Shown here: positions 45,879 to 55,685 of the stretch, in pieces
How positions within the stretch are numbered: the first letter of the stretch is position 1
Layout: every line of letters begins with the position of its first letter
Translations under genes and position numbers: made by a program
Assembly (NCBI GenBank): GCA_964387425.1
Contig: CAYLXP010000004.1
Span: 4,246 to 68,245 of the forward strand
Length of the DNA stretch: 64,000 bases
Direction of reading: 5' to 3'
Source: an uncultured Victivallales bacterium
Lineage (GTDB): Bacteria > Verrucomicrobiota > Kiritimatiellia > UBA8416
Notes under the pieces: generated by a model
Told to the model about the DNA's origin: nothing
Database searches by the model: none
Seen by the model: the letters and a program-made list of their open reading frames with translations, nothing else

Positions 45879-47123
45879 CTATTCTTCCCAGCGGCGAAGG
45901 ACCAGCACGCCGTTGTTTCCCCCGAAACCGAAGCTGTTCTTCAGCGCGAAGGGGCGTTCAAGAGGCTGGGCTGCCTTGCCCACGAGGCAGGCGTCACACT
46001 CGGGATCGGGATTGTCGAGGTTGAGGTTGGCGGGGATGGTGTTTTGCTCCAGCGCGAGGACGGTTCCCAGGGCCTCCATGGCTCCCGAGCCACCGAGAAG
46101 ATGTCCGAAATAGGACTTTGTTGAGCCCATCGGGGTGGTGGCAGCAGCCGGACCAAGCGCCAGCTTCACGGCCGCACACTCGGAGGGGTCATTGGCGCCG
46201 GTGGCAGTGCCGTGGGCATTGATGTAGCCGACGTCCTCTGCAGCGATGCCGGCGCTGGCGATGGCGGCGGTGATGGCCTTCGCCTGTCCCTCGGCGTCGG
46301 GTGCGGTAATGTGCTTGGCGTCGGACGATTCGCCGTAGCCGCAGATCTCGGCCCGGATGGTGGCACCGCGTTTGCGTGCGCTGTCCAGGCTCTCCAGGAC
46401 GAGGGCGGCGGCACCTTCGCCGATGACACAGCCGTCACGATCGCTGTCAAACGGGCGGCAGCTCGTGGCGGGGTCAGGATTCTTGGACATGACGCCGAGA
46501 CGGTCCCACGCGATCATCGTGAAGGGATCAAAAATGCTGTCGGCACCGCCGCAGAGCGCCGCGTCGATGTAACCGTCAGCAATCATGCGAAATCCGACGC
46601 CGATTGCGGTCGTGGATGAGGTGCAGGCGGAGGTCATGACATAGTTGGGGCCGGTGAGCCGGTAGCGGATAGCCGCTTGTGAGCAGATGGCGTTGGCCAT
46701 GCAGCGCGGGACCGTGGTGGGACGCACGCCCTTGATGCCCTTCGCAAGGTAGCTCTGGACAGAGGCGTAGTAGCTCTCGGTGCATCCGATGCCGGTGCCG
46801 ATGAGCGTGGCGACCTCCTGCGGCTCATAGGGTGGGGCGCCGTCAATGAGCCCGGCCTGTTTCAGGGCCTGGTCGGCTGCAAAGATTCCGCTATCGACGG
46901 TCATGTCGGTGTAGCGCATGCGCAGCTCGCGCAAGGCATCCTGCAGGGCCTCGCGGTCTACGACACCGCCTACCTTGGTTTTCAGCTCGCTGGTGTCAAT
47001 GTGCTCGACGGTGCGGATGCCGGTTTGGCCGTTCGCCAGCCCGTCCCATAGGGGAGCCTCACCAAGCCCGTAGGTAGATGCGGCCCCCAGCCCTGTAATC
47101 ACGACGCGACGTTTGTCTGACAT
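45879..47123 (-). CDS. fabF: beta-ketoacyl-ACP synthase II
   Basis: RRVVITGLGAASTYGLG, the active-site Cys context SACTSS and the His motifs (HGTATG, GHLLGGSGA) match FabF. The protein is 414 aa. Confidence 0.9.
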   Translation of the reverse strand: MSDKRRVVITGLGAASTYGLGEAPLWDGLANGQTGIRTVEHIDTSELKTKVGGVVDREALQDALRELRMRYTDMTVDSGIFAADQALKQAGLIDGAPPYEPQEVATLIGTGIGCTESYYASVQSYLAKGIKGVRPTTVPRCMANAICSQAAIRYRLTGPNYVMTSACTSSTTAIGVGFRMIADGYIDAALCGGADSIFDPFTMIAWDRLGVMSKNPDPATSCRPFDSDRDGCVIGEGAAALVLESLDSARKRGATIRAEICGYGESSDAKHITAPDAEGQAKAITAAIASAGIAAEDVGYINAHGTATGANDPSECAAVKLALGPAAATTPMGSTKSYFGHLLGGSGAMEALGTVLALEQNTIPANLNLDNPDPECDACLVGKAAQPLERPFALKNSFGFGGNNGVLVLRRWEE

Positions 47124-47221
47124 ATCCGGCTCTCTCCTTTAAGCGCTTCCCATCCTATCAAAAACCTCACCCCCCCATGGGGCTAGTCAACATTCCACAT
47201 AGCCTTTTGTGGCTCACTAGA

Positions 47222-47330
47222 TGTCGTCTAAGGGGCTAGGTGTTAGGCGCCAGGCGTTAGAAAAGAAGGGGTTAGGATCTAGGCGTTAGGCGCTAGCAAC
47301 CTCTACTAATGCCTAGTGCCTAGCCCCTAA
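47222..47330. repeat. CTAG/TTAGG-rich low-complexity repeat cluster (left copy), inverted relative to the 49481-49760 copies
   Basis: ggggctaggtgttaggcgccaggcgttagaaaagaaggggttaggatctaggcgttaggcgctagc…ctaatgcctagtgcctagcccctaa contains an internal inverted repeat ggggctagg / cctagcccc and tandem aggcgttag motifs. Its reverse complement shares ctaggcattag and ctagcgccta with the region upstream of pilT. Confidence 0.4.
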
Positions 47331-47399
47331 TCCCTTCGTCTGCCCACAGCTCTGAACCTCGCCACTCACGCTTTCATACTCCTCGTAGAGCTCTTGGCA

Positions 47400-48146
47400 C
47401 TACGCATTCCCCATGAATAGCCCACCGTCGACATGCAGGACTTGGCCGGCGATGTATCCCGAGGCTTCCGATAGCAGAAAAGCGGCTACACTAGCAACTT
47501 CTTCAGGGACTGCAAAGCGTCCCATCGGGATGTTGAGGCTCTTGCGCATGTCGGCGGGCAGGAATTCGGTCATGTCGGTCTCGACCAGCCCCGGAGAGAT
47601 GGCGTTGACTCGGATTCCGAGACGCGCCGCCTCAAAAGCGAGCGACTTGGTCAGGCTGACAAGCCCGGCCTTGCTGGCTGCGTAGTCGGCGCCCATCCAT
47701 TTTCCCGGGCCGTGCGCGGCGATCGAAGCCATGTTTACGATGCAGCCCTGCTTCTGGCGGCGCATGATCGGGTAGGCAGCCTGGCAAACCTGTACAGCGG
47801 CCTCGAGGTTGACGCGGAACGTGTCCTGCCACTTCTGAGGGGTCAAGCCACGGAAGGCAACGGCCTTTCCGCCGCCGGCGTTGTTGACGACGCCGTCCAG
47901 TCTTTCGGTCGCCGTGTGGAACGAGGAGACGACAGATTCTGCTGCGCCCTCGTCCCCGAGGTCACCTGAGACTGCCACGGTCCGGCTGCTGTGTAGCTCC
48001 CGGCAGACAACCTCAACACGGTCGTGGTTGCGGCCATGGACGCCGACGATGGCTCCCTCCGCAAGTAGCCGTTTGGCGATGGCGCGCCCAATCCCCCGCG
48101 TAGAGCCGGTTACAAGAATGGCCTTATCTTTTAGATCTGGATACAT
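47400..48146 (-). CDS. fabG: SDR-family 3-oxoacyl-ACP reductase-like protein
   Basis: The SDR NAD-binding motif is AILVTGSTRGIGRAIA; the catalytic motif is YAASKAGL. The protein is 248 aa. Confidence 0.8.
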   Translation of the reverse strand: MYPDLKDKAILVTGSTRGIGRAIAKRLLAEGAIVGVHGRNHDRVEVVCRELHSSRTVAVSGDLGDEGAAESVVSSFHTATERLDGVVNNAGGGKAVAFRGLTPQKWQDTFRVNLEAAVQVCQAAYPIMRRQKQGCIVNMASIAAHGPGKWMGADYAASKAGLVSLTKSLAFEAARLGIRVNAISPGLVETDMTEFLPADMRKSLNIPMGRFAVPEEVASVAAFLLSEASGYIAGQVLHVDGGLFMGNA

Positions 48147-48222
48147 GATTCACCCGTTATTGGTTGGCTGTTGCCAGATACTGGTTACTGATCACTGGTT
48201 CCTGATGACTGATAACTGACAG

Positions 48223-49314
48223 CTAGCCCCCGAGAATGCGTTTGTCTTCGTCGAGGAAGATGCCCTGGAGATTCATGCGTAGCGATTCCGGGTTAGTGGC
48301 GTGACGCATGCCCTCGGCCTCGGTGATCAGCCCGCTCTTGATCAGCCCGTAGATGGACTGGTTGAACGACTGCATCCCGTCTTCCTTGCCGGTTTCGATG
48401 GCGGCGCCGAGGACGTCGAGCTGGTTGCGTTCGAGGAGCTTCCGGACGGTTGACGTGTTGATCATGATTTCGACGGCCGGGACAACGCTGCCGCCTGTAT
48501 CTGCAATGAGGCGCTGGCAGACTACGGCGTGAAGGTTCGCGGCGATCGCCATGCGAATGTTGTCGTGCTCGCCGGCGGGAAACACGTCGAGGATACGCGG
48601 TACGGCGAGGTCGGCTGTCCCGGCATGTATCGTGGAAAGCACGAGGTGACCGGTTTCGGCTGCCAGGAAGGCGGTTCGAATACTGGTGGCGTCGCGCATC
48701 TCACCGATCAGGATGACGTCCGGGTCCTGGCGCATGAGATGTTTGAGGGATCTCTCAAAACTCAGTGTGTCGAGCCCCACCTCACGCTGCGTGATGACCG
48801 ACTGGTCGTCGGTGAACACATATTCGATTGGGTCCTCGACCGTGATGATACGGCGGCGCTGCGTGCGGTTGATCTCGCCGATGATGGCGGCCAGCGTGGT
48901 CGACTTGCCGCTGCCGGTGGTGCCGGAAAGGAGAATGATGCCGCGCTTGACGTGGGCCAGGTCCGCGAGCTGTTCGGGGACCCGGATGGCTGAGAAGGTC
49001 GGGATATCATCCTTCACGTGCCGCATGGCGACCGTAGGCAGCCCTTGGGATAGGAAGACGTTGACGCGAAAGCGCCCCACACCCTCTTCGTGATGTGAGA
49101 AGTCGGCTTCGTGCTCACGGGCGAACGTCTCATGGAGATAGGCGGGGATGATCTCATTGATGATCGGCTGCAGGGAGTCCAGCGGGAGGGGCGCGAATCC
49201 GCTTTCGGTCAGCTCGCCGCCAACACGGTAGAACGGCTCCTGGTTGGTCTTCAGATGGATGTCTGAGGCCCCGACCGCGATCGCGCGTTCAAGCAGCTCA
49301 TGAATACTCGACAT
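48223..49314 (-). CDS. pilT: type IV pilus retraction ATPase PilT/PilU family
   Basis: IHELLERAIAVGASDIHL, the Walker A ILLSGTTGSGKSTTLAAII and the Asp/His boxes match PilT. ATG 49314 lies 8 nt after GAGGAG; the track start at 49392 adds 26 aa. Confidence 0.85.
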   Translation of the reverse strand: MSSIHELLERAIAVGASDIHLKTNQEPFYRVGGELTESGFAPLPLDSLQPIINEIIPAYLHETFAREHEADFSHHEEGVGRFRVNVFLSQGLPTVAMRHVKDDIPTFSAIRVPEQLADLAHVKRGIILLSGTTGSGKSTTLAAIIGEINRTQRRRIITVEDPIEYVFTDDQSVITQREVGLDTLSFERSLKHLMRQDPDVILIGEMRDATSIRTAFLAAETGHLVLSTIHAGTADLAVPRILDVFPAGEHDNIRMAIAANLHAVVCQRLIADTGGSVVPAVEIMINTSTVRKLLERNQLDVLGAAIETGKEDGMQSFNQSIYGLIKSGLITEAEGMRHATNPESLRMNLQGIFLDEDKRILGG

Positions 49315-49480
49315 GATTCTATCTCCTCTCAACCGGGACACGCGCCTCCGAGGCGGAAACACATCCTGCATGAGAGCAGAAAACGTATCCAACAGGTATT
49401 GTACTGATGCTTGTGATCAGCACTCTAACGTTTTCCGCCAAGGGGGTCAACGGGAGGCTTCTGCACTGCGCCCCAGCGCA

Positions 49481-49560
49481 GAAGCCAGTGGCTAGGTGCT
49501 AGTTGTTGCTAGGCATTAGGTCGGTCAAGCTAGCCTCTAGCTGATGACTGCCAAGACATC
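49481..49560. repeat. CTAG-rich repeat cluster (right copy) in the 440-nt pilT-lptFG intergenic region
   Basis: tggctaggtgctagttgttgctaggcattaggtcggtcaagctagcctctagctgatgac is followed by the direct repeat catcgctgaca…catcgctgaca. A further fragment, tctagcgcctagggcctaac, lies at about 49737-49756. This region is visibly less GC-rich than the flanking genes. Confidence 0.35.
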
Positions 49561-49830
49561 GCTGACACCAAGAAGTGCCACGGCATCGCTGACAGCCAGA
49601 AAAACCAACGGATAACGCACAATTTGACAAGCTCCATAACTAGCTAGATGTAAGAGGCTTATAGGGCACGTTAGATTAACAACTTCATCATGGTATACAC
49701 TGTTGTAAGCGATGTCCTGGCAGTCATCATCTAGCGCCTAGGGCCTAACTCCTCTACGCGTGGGGTAAGCATCTGTCTTGCGTTGCGGCAACACTCTGAG
49801 TCTCAGTTTCTTGCGAGCAGCGTGACTGCC

Positions 49831-50934
49831 TCAACGAATCCGCGCCATCATCGCGAGCCCGATGAGGCAGAAGACCGCGTTGGCAAGCCAGGCGCCCGCC
49901 CAGGGAGGAACCATGCCCGTGGACCCGACGACCAGGCCCACCTGGGCGAGGGCGTAGAAACTGGCGAGCAGGGCGATAGCGGTGAAAACGGCGGTGAGCA
50001 TGCCCTGGCGCCCCGTGCGGGCGCCGGCGGGAATCGCGAACAGGATCACGATGAAACAGGCCCACGGCATGGCCAGGCGGCTGTGGAGATTGTAGCGCTT
50101 CTCGGCAAGAGCTCGCTCGGAGAGGTGGTTCTCTGTGCGGCGCAGGTAGTTGTGCATTTCGCGGATGTTGAGGAACATCCAGGGGCGTACCGTACTGACA
50201 AAGGCTGAAGGGGTCTCGGTGTACTCGCGCATCTCGACGACACTAGACTCATCGACACCGATCAGTTCCTGTTCTCCGATAGGGTTGTCATTGGTGCCGA
50301 AGCGCTGAATGCGGGGGGCGTGGAACCACCATTGCCCGTCGAGGTACTCGGCCCGTTCGGTGGTGACAACGCTCTGGCGCAGGCCCTCCGCCGTTTCTTG
50401 TTTCACCTCGACGTGCTGCAGCCGGTTGGGATTCTTGGTGTCAAAGTGCTTGATGACCCATTGACGAGAATGCTCGGGATTCAGGTAGATGCACTGATCG
50501 ATGACCTTGGTTTCGAGGCGCTTGAACTTGTGGGCGCGTATCTCCTCGGCCCACTCCATAGCGTGCGGGGTCCAGGTTTCGTTGAGTGCGCCGGTGCCGA
50601 GGCTGAAGGCGAATCCGACGCCGAGAAAAGGTACCATGATGCGGTAGATGCTGACGCCGCTCGCGCGCATGGCGACAAGTTCATTGCTGCGCGTCAATCC
50701 GTAGAGCGTATAGAGCGTGGCCAGCATGAGGGACGCCGGTGCCAGGTACTGCATGGTGGGGCCGAGGATCGAGAAGTAAAAGCGCACGATGATGTGCCAG
50801 GGCGGCCTGGCGTCGATGATACGGCTCATATCGCCGAATAGCTCGCCGATGATGAGGATCATGACAAAGGCGAGCAGGCAGTAGAAGACCGGTACCAGGA
50901 ACTCGCGCAGCAGGTGTTTGTCGATTAGTTTCAT
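49831..50934 (-). CDS. LptF/LptG (YjgP/YjgQ) family LPS export permease
   Basis: MKLIDKHLLREFLVPVFYCLLAFVMILIIGELF… gives the typical three N-terminal TM helices, a periplasmic beta-jellyroll region and C-terminal TM helices. ATG 50934 (MKLIDKH) is preferred over the track start at 50973. Confidence 0.75.
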   Translation of the reverse strand: MKLIDKHLLREFLVPVFYCLLAFVMILIIGELFGDMSRIIDARPPWHIIVRFYFSILGPTMQYLAPASLMLATLYTLYGLTRSNELVAMRASGVSIYRIMVPFLGVGFAFSLGTGALNETWTPHAMEWAEEIRAHKFKRLETKVIDQCIYLNPEHSRQWVIKHFDTKNPNRLQHVEVKQETAEGLRQSVVTTERAEYLDGQWWFHAPRIQRFGTNDNPIGEQELIGVDESSVVEMREYTETPSAFVSTVRPWMFLNIREMHNYLRRTENHLSERALAEKRYNLHSRLAMPWACFIVILFAIPAGARTGRQGMLTAVFTAIALLASFYALAQVGLVVGSTGMVPPWAGAWLANAVFCLIGLAMMARIR

Positions 50935-51102
50935 TACGCGCACACAGTAGCCGCTACGGGGGCGAGGGTTCAAGATTCAAAGGTCGGGGTGTCGTGTGTC
51001 GGGTGTTGCGTGTCGGGTATCAACGTTGGAGAGGCTTTTCTGTTGATTGGGAAGGGGGGAGGGGGTAGCGTGGCTCGCGTATTAAATGAAAGGATTTTGA
51101 CA

Positions 51103-52989
51103 ATGCCGTCGTTTCTTATCCCCGTTCGTCGCCTGCGCCAGCTTCCCGGAGCATTCTCATGGCCGAAGCGCGTTGTTCTGAGCAGCGCACGTGATGCGGA
51201 TCGCGTTGCCCTGGAGGGGCTGCAGGCCAGCCTGAAGCTGGAGTTGAAGCGGCCGTCACGACTGGTGTGGACGGCGGCAGGCGGGGGCGATGTGCGGATT
51301 GTGCGACAGCCGGGCGTTGGCGGGGCCGAGGGGTATCGTCTGACCGTGCGCGAGGACGGAGTCGAGATTGTCGCCGCCTCCGATGCCGGCGCTTTCTACG
51401 GGGTCCAGACCCTTCGCGAACTGATCACGATGCATGGAGAGAAGCTGCCCTGTTGCCGTATCGACGATTCACCCGACTTTGCGCGCCGGGCGGTCTACTA
51501 TGACTGTGCCCGCGGGAAAGTGCCGACCGTTGACACACTGAAGGCGCTCGTCGAGCGACTGGCGAGCTGGAAGATCAACGAGCTTCAGCTCTACATCAAG
51601 AACACCTTTACCTGGAAGGCGCATCCAAAGGTCAGCCGTGGATTCAGTCCGTTCACGCCGGAAGACCTGCTGGAGGTCCAGGCGCATTGCAAGAAGCACC
51701 ACATTCGGTTTGTGCCGTCGATGGCGACGCTTAGCCACAATGAGCTCTTCCTGCAGCTTCCCGAGTATCGTCACCTGGCAGAGCTTCCGGGACACTCCGG
51801 TTGGGAAGGGGGCACCATGCTCTGTCCGACCGACCCGAAATCGTTCAAGTTCGTGGAATCGCTGTACGCGGAGTTTGTGCCTTTGTTCGAGGCTACGGAC
51901 ATGAATGTCTGCTGCGATGAACCTTGGGAGTTGGGGAAGGGGCGTAGCAAGCGCGTCGCCGACAGGCGTGGACGAGGCCCTGTCTATTTTGACTTTCTCA
52001 AGAAGGTGCATGGTCTCTGCGAACGTCACGGTAAGCGCATGAATGTCTGGGCGGATATTGTGCTCAAGTACCCGGAGCTGATTCCTGAGCTGCCATCCGA
52101 CATCGTGATGCTGAACTGGGACTACGCCGGCGAGTGCAAACGCATGGCCCGCTCCCGTGAGATTGTTGATGCGGGGCAGCCGGTTATGGTTTGCCCTGGG
52201 ACAAGCGGTTGGCAGCGGCATGGGACTGATATGCCCAACGCTATGGCGAACGTCTCGAAATCCGCCGCAATCGGTCGACGCCACAAGGCCGAGGGGATGC
52301 TGAATACGGACTGGGGTGATTTCGGACACCGCAACCCGCTGGGAGTCAGTCTGCACGGCTATGCGCATGGGGCAGCCCATTCGTGGCATGGCCGGGCCGT
52401 GGATGAGAAGAGCTTCACGGAGACCTTCGCGTTTCACCTGTTCGGTGACGGGGATGGGCGGCTGGCGTCGGCCTTGCGTACATTGGGGTCGACCGGTGAA
52501 ATGCTGAAGGACGCCTACTGCCTCTACCCTTCGCTCATCGAACCACTGCTGCCACCGATTGACCGTTTCCTGAAGCGCTTCCGCCGGGTACCGATCGCCG
52601 CGCACTATCCGGCGGCGTTGCCGAACGCGATCGAACGTCCTGCGCGCGAGGACCTGGCCCGCGTGGTCGACGCGCTGAGTGTCCGGAACCTCTGGCACAA
52701 ACCGGGGCGCAAGCTGGGGCTGTTTGAGACACAAGCCCTGCTGGATTGCCACCTTGCGACGGAAATGGACATCGTGGCCGCGAAGCGCGCCCTGCTGGGA
52801 CAACGCCTGCGGGCAGGGGAGAAGGTGCGACCGAGAGAACTTGTCGCGTGGGCCGATGACATGCGCCAGCTTACCGCCATGTTCGAGTATCTCTGGATGA
52901 CCCGCAACCGCCCTTCGCGCCTCAAGGACAACTTGAAGCTGATGGGACTGGCCGAGGACGATGCGCGATCTCTCGCCGCCTCGCCTTGA
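51103..52989 (+). CDS. GH20-like beta-N-acetylhexosaminidase-family protein
   Basis: A GH20b-like N-terminal domain (GYRLTVREDGVEIVAASDAGAFYGVQTLRELI) is followed by RIDDSPDFARRAVYYDCARGKVPT (the R..D.PRF.YRG..D..R pattern), a TIM-barrel region and a D-E catalytic pair in a CCDEPWE context (GGDE replaced by CCDE). ATG 51103 (MPSFLIP…) is preferred over the Cys-rich track start. Confidence 0.55.
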   Translation: MPSFLIPVRRLRQLPGAFSWPKRVVLSSARDADRVALEGLQASLKLELKRPSRLVWTAAGGGDVRIVRQPGVGGAEGYRLTVREDGVEIVAASDAGAFYGVQTLRELITMHGEKLPCCRIDDSPDFARRAVYYDCARGKVPTVDTLKALVERLASWKINELQLYIKNTFTWKAHPKVSRGFSPFTPEDLLEVQAHCKKHHIRFVPSMATLSHNELFLQLPEYRHLAELPGHSGWEGGTMLCPTDPKSFKFVESLYAEFVPLFEATDMNVCCDEPWELGKGRSKRVADRRGRGPVYFDFLKKVHGLCERHGKRMNVWADIVLKYPELIPELPSDIVMLNWDYAGECKRMARSREIVDAGQPVMVCPGTSGWQRHGTDMPNAMANVSKSAAIGRRHKAEGMLNTDWGDFGHRNPLGVSLHGYAHGAAHSWHGRAVDEKSFTETFAFHLFGDGDGRLASALRTLGSTGEMLKDAYCLYPSLIEPLLPPIDRFLKRFRRVPIAAHYPAALPNAIERPAREDLARVVDALSVRNLWHKPGRKLGLFETQALLDCHLATEMDIVAAKRALLGQRLRAGEKVRPRELVAWADDMRQLTAMFEYLWMTRNRPSRLKDNLKLMGLAEDDARSLAASP

Positions 52990-53262
52990 GCTCCTCGGAG
53001 CAACGCGCTGCCCCTCCTTCCGTCCCTCTTTCAGCCTTTCGGTCTTTCAGCTTCTCAGTGTTTTCCCCTATGGATACCCTTGCACATCAGTGTAAGCTCC
53101 GCATAATTGACGGGCACGGAGTGTGCCTTGGTTCGGTGAACACAGAGCCGCAAAGAGGCGCAGAAGTCGCAAAGACGGGCAGAGAACAAGGATGTTGATG
53201 CCCGCGGGCGATATCATACGTATTATCGCCCACAATAACTAATAGCTGTTGGGCTCGACAAA

Positions 53263-53949
53263 ATGAGAATACGGACACTAACACTGAGCATCGTGGCGCT
53301 GGTCCTTACGCTGGTGGCAGTTCGCAGCGAACCCGTTGAGCAGAGGCTTGATCGGCCGTTTGAACCACCAATGTGGCGAGCCAACTGGCCGCTTCGCGGC
53401 ATGCTGGGGCAGGTCGCGTCAATGGCTCAACTGAAGGCGACGTTCGATCAGAGCGTCCCCGAATCCGCTGACGCTGATCTGTTCCTTCAGGGCAACTACC
53501 TTGGCCTGCCCTGTCGCTATATGCTCTCCTGGTTGCTGCATTTCGGTGGTCTCACGGCCACCATTCAGGAGGATTCACTTGTTGTCATGAACGGGTCAAT
53601 GCGCAGCGATCAGCCCCTCTTTCAGCACCACGCTGAAACCAATGGCGCGTGGGTAGTCCGGCTGAAGGAACGCCTCAGGCAGCGTGTTTCAGTTCCCGCC
53701 GGGAAATGGGATTGTGGCCAGTTGCTGCAGTTCGTTGGCTACAAGTCCAACGTGTTCTCCATTGTCGATCCCGCGGTCTTTCCCCAAGGCAATGCGCCGA
53801 GTCTTCACGTGGAGTTCCACGACGAGCAGGTCTCGACCATTCTGGATCAGCTGTGCACGAGTCTGGGCTTCGAGCAACGCTTCCAAGGCGGAGTCGTTTT
53901 CATCACGAGGGAACAGAACAAGAGGGAGCCCAAGCCCGCTCGACGCTAG
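53263..53949 (+). CDS. hypothetical secreted protein
   Basis: A signal peptide (MRIRTLTLSIVALVLTLVAVRSEP) and ORF-like composition. I recognised no family. Confidence 0.4.
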   Translation: MRIRTLTLSIVALVLTLVAVRSEPVEQRLDRPFEPPMWRANWPLRGMLGQVASMAQLKATFDQSVPESADADLFLQGNYLGLPCRYMLSWLLHFGGLTATIQEDSLVVMNGSMRSDQPLFQHHAETNGAWVVRLKERLRQRVSVPAGKWDCGQLLQFVGYKSNVFSIVDPAVFPQGNAPSLHVEFHDEQVSTILDQLCTSLGFEQRFQGGVVFITREQNKREPKPARR

Positions 53950-54035
53950 CACAAACAGCCGCGGACGGCTGTCTGCGCAGCGTCAGCGGCGACGTTGGCG
54001 CTTGACAGAGATACCAATAGTGATACTATAGCACC

Positions 54036-54293
54036 ATGGCAAGGGTTGACGACATAGTCGCGCTTATGAGGCGCAATCCGAAAGGAATTCGGTTCACAGA
54101 CGCTTGCCGCGTCTGCGATCACTACTTCGGTCAACCAAGGCAGAAGGGATCAAGCCACAGGGTCTACAAGACCCCGTGGCAAGGTGATCCGCGCGTCAAC
54201 ATTCAGAACGCCAAGGGCAGAGCCAAGGCGTATCAGGTCAAACAGATCCTAAGAGCGATCGAGAGGTTGGACTATGAAAGCCATTCGAAATGA
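54036..54293 (+). CDS. hicA: HicA-family toxin
   Basis: The 85-aa protein contains …QKGSSHRVYKTPW…, a HicA GSHH-type motif. Confidence 0.7.
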   Translation: MARVDDIVALMRRNPKGIRFTDACRVCDHYFGQPRQKGSSHRVYKTPWQGDPRVNIQNAKGRAKAYQVKQILRAIERLDYESHSK

Positions 54294-54606
54294 TCACTAT
54301 ACCTACCGGGTGACCTGGTCAGAAGATGATCAGGAGTACGTCGGGCTGTGTGCAGAATTCCCCAGCCTGAGCTGGTTGTCCAGCTCCCCCGAAGCCGCGC
54401 TTCGCGGCATTCGCGGAGTCGTCGCGGACGTCGTCGCCGACATGAAGAAATCACGCGAGCGAGTGCCTGAGCCGCTGGCAAGCCGTAAGTTCAGCGGCAA
54501 GTTTATGGTTCGAGTCCCTCCGGACGTTCACCGTGAACTCACCGTCGAGGCGGCCGAAGCAGGCGTGAGCCTCAACCGTCTTGCCACCGTCAAGCTAGCC
54601 CACTGA
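54274..54606 (+). CDS. hicB: HicB-family antitoxin with C-terminal ribbon-helix-helix
   Basis: YTYRVTWSEDDQEYVGLCAEFPSL is a HicB N-terminal-type sequence. The C-terminal KFMVRVPPDVHRELTVEAAEAGVSLNRL is a CopG/RHH motif. It overlaps hicA by 20 nt. Confidence 0.7.
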   Translation: MKAIRNDHYTYRVTWSEDDQEYVGLCAEFPSLSWLSSSPEAALRGIRGVVADVVADMKKSRERVPEPLASRKFSGKFMVRVPPDVHRELTVEAAEAGVSLNRLATVKLAH

Positions 54607-54714
54607 GGCGAATGCGCCTATAAGGCCAGTGGAGCGTACGGCTTACAGCCGCCGCTCACTGCCGACGTTGGCCCAAGAAGGACGAATTGACCGCTATACG
54701 CCAATGGCGTATAG

Positions 54715-55038
54715 TTGAATGCGATGGTATTCAAAGAAACAAGCGTTTTCACCCGGCAGATCAGCAAGCTGATTCCTGATGAAGCCTATCGGGAGTTTCA
54801 GCAGGAATTGATCTTCAACCCGACCGCCGGCGACCTGATCAAAGGAAGCGGTGGTCTGAGGAAGATACGCTGGCGCTCTGCGACGGGTGGGAAGCGCGGT
54901 GGAATCAGGGTGATATACTATTGGTATGTTGCTGACAGTGAGATCTTCCTGCTTCTTGCCTACGGCAAGAACGAGAAGGCTGATCTGTCACCCAAAGAAA
55001 TCAAGATCCTACGGACCTTGGTTGAGGAGAATATGTGA
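54715..55038 (+). CDS. RelE/ParE-superfamily toxin (HigB-like / addiction-module killer protein)
   Basis: GLRKIRWRSATGGKRGGIRVIYYWYVADSEIFLLLAYGKNEKADL matches the HigB-type conserved core. Confidence 0.7.
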   Translation: MNAMVFKETSVFTRQISKLIPDEAYREFQQELIFNPTAGDLIKGSGGLRKIRWRSATGGKRGGIRVIYYWYVADSEIFLLLAYGKNEKADLSPKEIKILRTLVEENM

Positions 55039-55328
55039 TGAAGAAGGAACTATTTGACGAACTCGTCGAGAGTATTGAGGAAGCGGGAAAGATACGCAAA
55101 GGCTTGGTCAAGCCTTCCCGCGTATTTCGTTACCGCCCTGTGGATATCAAGCGCATCCGCAAGAGACTCCATGTATCCCAATCCCAGTTCTCTCTTATGA
55201 TTGGCGTGAGCAAATCGACCCTCCAGAATTGGGAGCAGGGGCGTCGTGAGCCGGAGGGGCCGGCAAAAGCACTGCTTCGCGTTGTCGACAAACAACCGGA
55301 AGCCGTCCTGCAAGCGCTCCAAGCCTGA
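55035..55328 (+). CDS. XRE-family HTH antitoxin (HigA-like)
   Basis: The HTH reads LHVSQSQFSLMIGVSKSTLQNWEQGRREP. It overlaps the toxin gene by 4 nt (ATGA). Confidence 0.7.
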   Translation: MMKKELFDELVESIEEAGKIRKGLVKPSRVFRYRPVDIKRIRKRLHVSQSQFSLMIGVSKSTLQNWEQGRREPEGPAKALLRVVDKQPEAVLQALQA

Positions 55329-55412
55329 CCACAGACGGGCCAACATCAGCTTCGAGACCGACGTGAAACAGCCGCGAATACGCGACTGCTTCACGCGGCT
55401 CAAGCAAGCGTT

Positions 55413-55685
55413 GTGAGGAGAAAGATGATGAATGATACGGACAAGAGGAAGTACGGTGGGCTGGCGCTATCCCTGTGTCTCGGCGGTCTCGTACTCGCCA
55501 TTGCAGTCGGCATGCTCGCTCGGTTGCTGCAGCACAATGCGGACATGCCCGCATATCTGATCTTCCTCGGATTCCAGGTTGCCGGGTTTGTTCTCGGAAT
55601 CGTTTCCCGGCAGGATGCCCTCGGCAAGACGGCGTACATCACTTCGGCTGTCTTGGCGGTTGGGTCAGTCTTGTTCCTGGGATGA
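55413..55685 (+). CDS. small two-TM membrane protein, hypothetical
   Basis: There are two hydrophobic helices: GGLALSLCLGGLVLAIAVGMLA and YLIFLGFQVAGFVLGIV. Confidence 0.35.
   Translation: MRRKMMNDTDKRKYGGLALSLCLGGLVLAIAVGMLARLLQHNADMPAYLIFLGFQVAGFVLGIVSRQDALGKTAYITSAVLAVGSVLFLG

Noticed and set aside
50989-51102. The Cys/Gly-rich N-terminus MSCVGCCVSGINVGEAFLLIGKGGGGS… of the GH20-like ORF as a metal-binding or signal segment
   Set aside because: There is no RBS. An AAAGGA-preceded ATG at 51103 begins a sensible N-terminus, so the upstream stretch is probably non-coding.
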